NCBI GenBank assembly: GCA_047495785.1
Contig: JBLDXI010000054.1
Coordinates: forward strand, 1,922,001 to 1,986,000
Direction of reading: 5' to 3'
Length of the DNA stretch: 64,000 nucleotides
Source of the DNA: Lepidodermella squamata
Taxonomy: Eukaryota > Animalia > Gastrotricha
The notes under the pieces are model-generated. The model saw nothing but the letters and a program-made list of their open reading frames with translations, was not told the origin of the DNA and searched no databases. The position numbers and the translations under genes are program-made. Positions 63,224-64,000 of this stretch are shown in pieces (within the stretch, counting starts at the first letter, position 1; every line of letters starts with the position of its first letter).

Positions 63224-64000
63224 TTATTCTTTCACCCCTTTTTCTCGAAGATAATCCTGCTGTTCTTTGGTCTTCCCTTTTTTTATGGCATATTGCAAGG
63301 CCGTTTCACCTTTCGAATTGACCACCTTCAAATCGACGCCAACCACCTCAACGAGATACTTCAAGACGTTCATAAATTCTTCTCCATACAAGGCCGCGAA
63401 CAAGACGCTTTCTCGTTGTTTGCCATCTCCATTCACATCAGCTCCCTTAGAAACCAAGTACTTGACGAATCCAAGATATCCATACCGGACCGCTATTTCA
63501 ATAGGTCGTTTGTCATCCGCGCCAAGTTTCTCGATGTCAGCTCCATTTTCAATCAGAACCTTGGCTATATCTGTTCTGTTGTTCCGTGCACACCACGTCA
63601 GAGGTGTCCATCCCCATTGATCATTCATGTTGACATCGGCTCCTTTTTCAGCCAAGTATTTCACAACTTCAGTATGCCCACCTTCTACAGCCTTAAGCAA
63701 TGCTGATTGTTCAAGTCCGTCTTTTTTAGATATTTCCGCACCACGCTCTACCAACAACTGTACAATATTTACTAGTCCAGCCCAGGAAGCTATAATCAGT
63801 GGGGTTCTTTGCGGCATATTACCAATCTCAGTAGCTTCGATCGACGCTCCTCTGTCCAGGAGAAGTTTAGTAATCTCCTCGCGATCTTTTGGTTGCGTAT
63901 TGCATGCAACTGCTCTATGAAGCAGACTGCCAGTTGAGACGCTGAAAGCATCATAAATAATAAATTATAAATTACTAACCCCATCGACTCCCCCATTGCT
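63224..64000 (-). CDS. Ankyrin-repeat family paralog (5' end lies beyond the window)
   Basis: Last exon 63941-63224 VSTGSLLHRAVACN..LLLDRGASIEA..; 38-nt intron 63979-63942; downstream flank (~62983-63220) duplicates ~59125-59355. Confidence 0.85.

Overview
Animal genomic DNA with very short GT-AG introns (about 38-120 nt); the species cannot be named from sequence alone. 1-39 kb is gene-dense: a secreted two-PAN/Apple-domain protein, three divergent Cys-loop channel subunits, three S1 serine proteases, an astacin-EGF-CUB protease, an ankyrin protein with a myristoylation motif, and four highly divergent GABA-B-like class C GPCRs plus a pseudogene. One GPCR carries an internal duplication identical to its tandem paralog. 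28-64 kb holds a birth-and-death array of ankyrin-repeat genes that, once spliced, begin with a signal-peptide exon (predicted secreted ankyrins, missed by the ORF track), and a secreted six-repeat cysteine-rich protein. One ankyrin paralog is disrupted by a stack of mobile elements. The standout is a young, intact 8.96-kb Ty3/gypsy element (48198-57152, minus strand) with identical LTRs, a tRNA-Leu PBS, gag, a -1 frameshift into pol, and a third ORF encoding a class I fusion-type Env whose cytoplasmic tail carries PTAP and PPxY motifs. All calls come from reading the sequence by eye; no searches were run.
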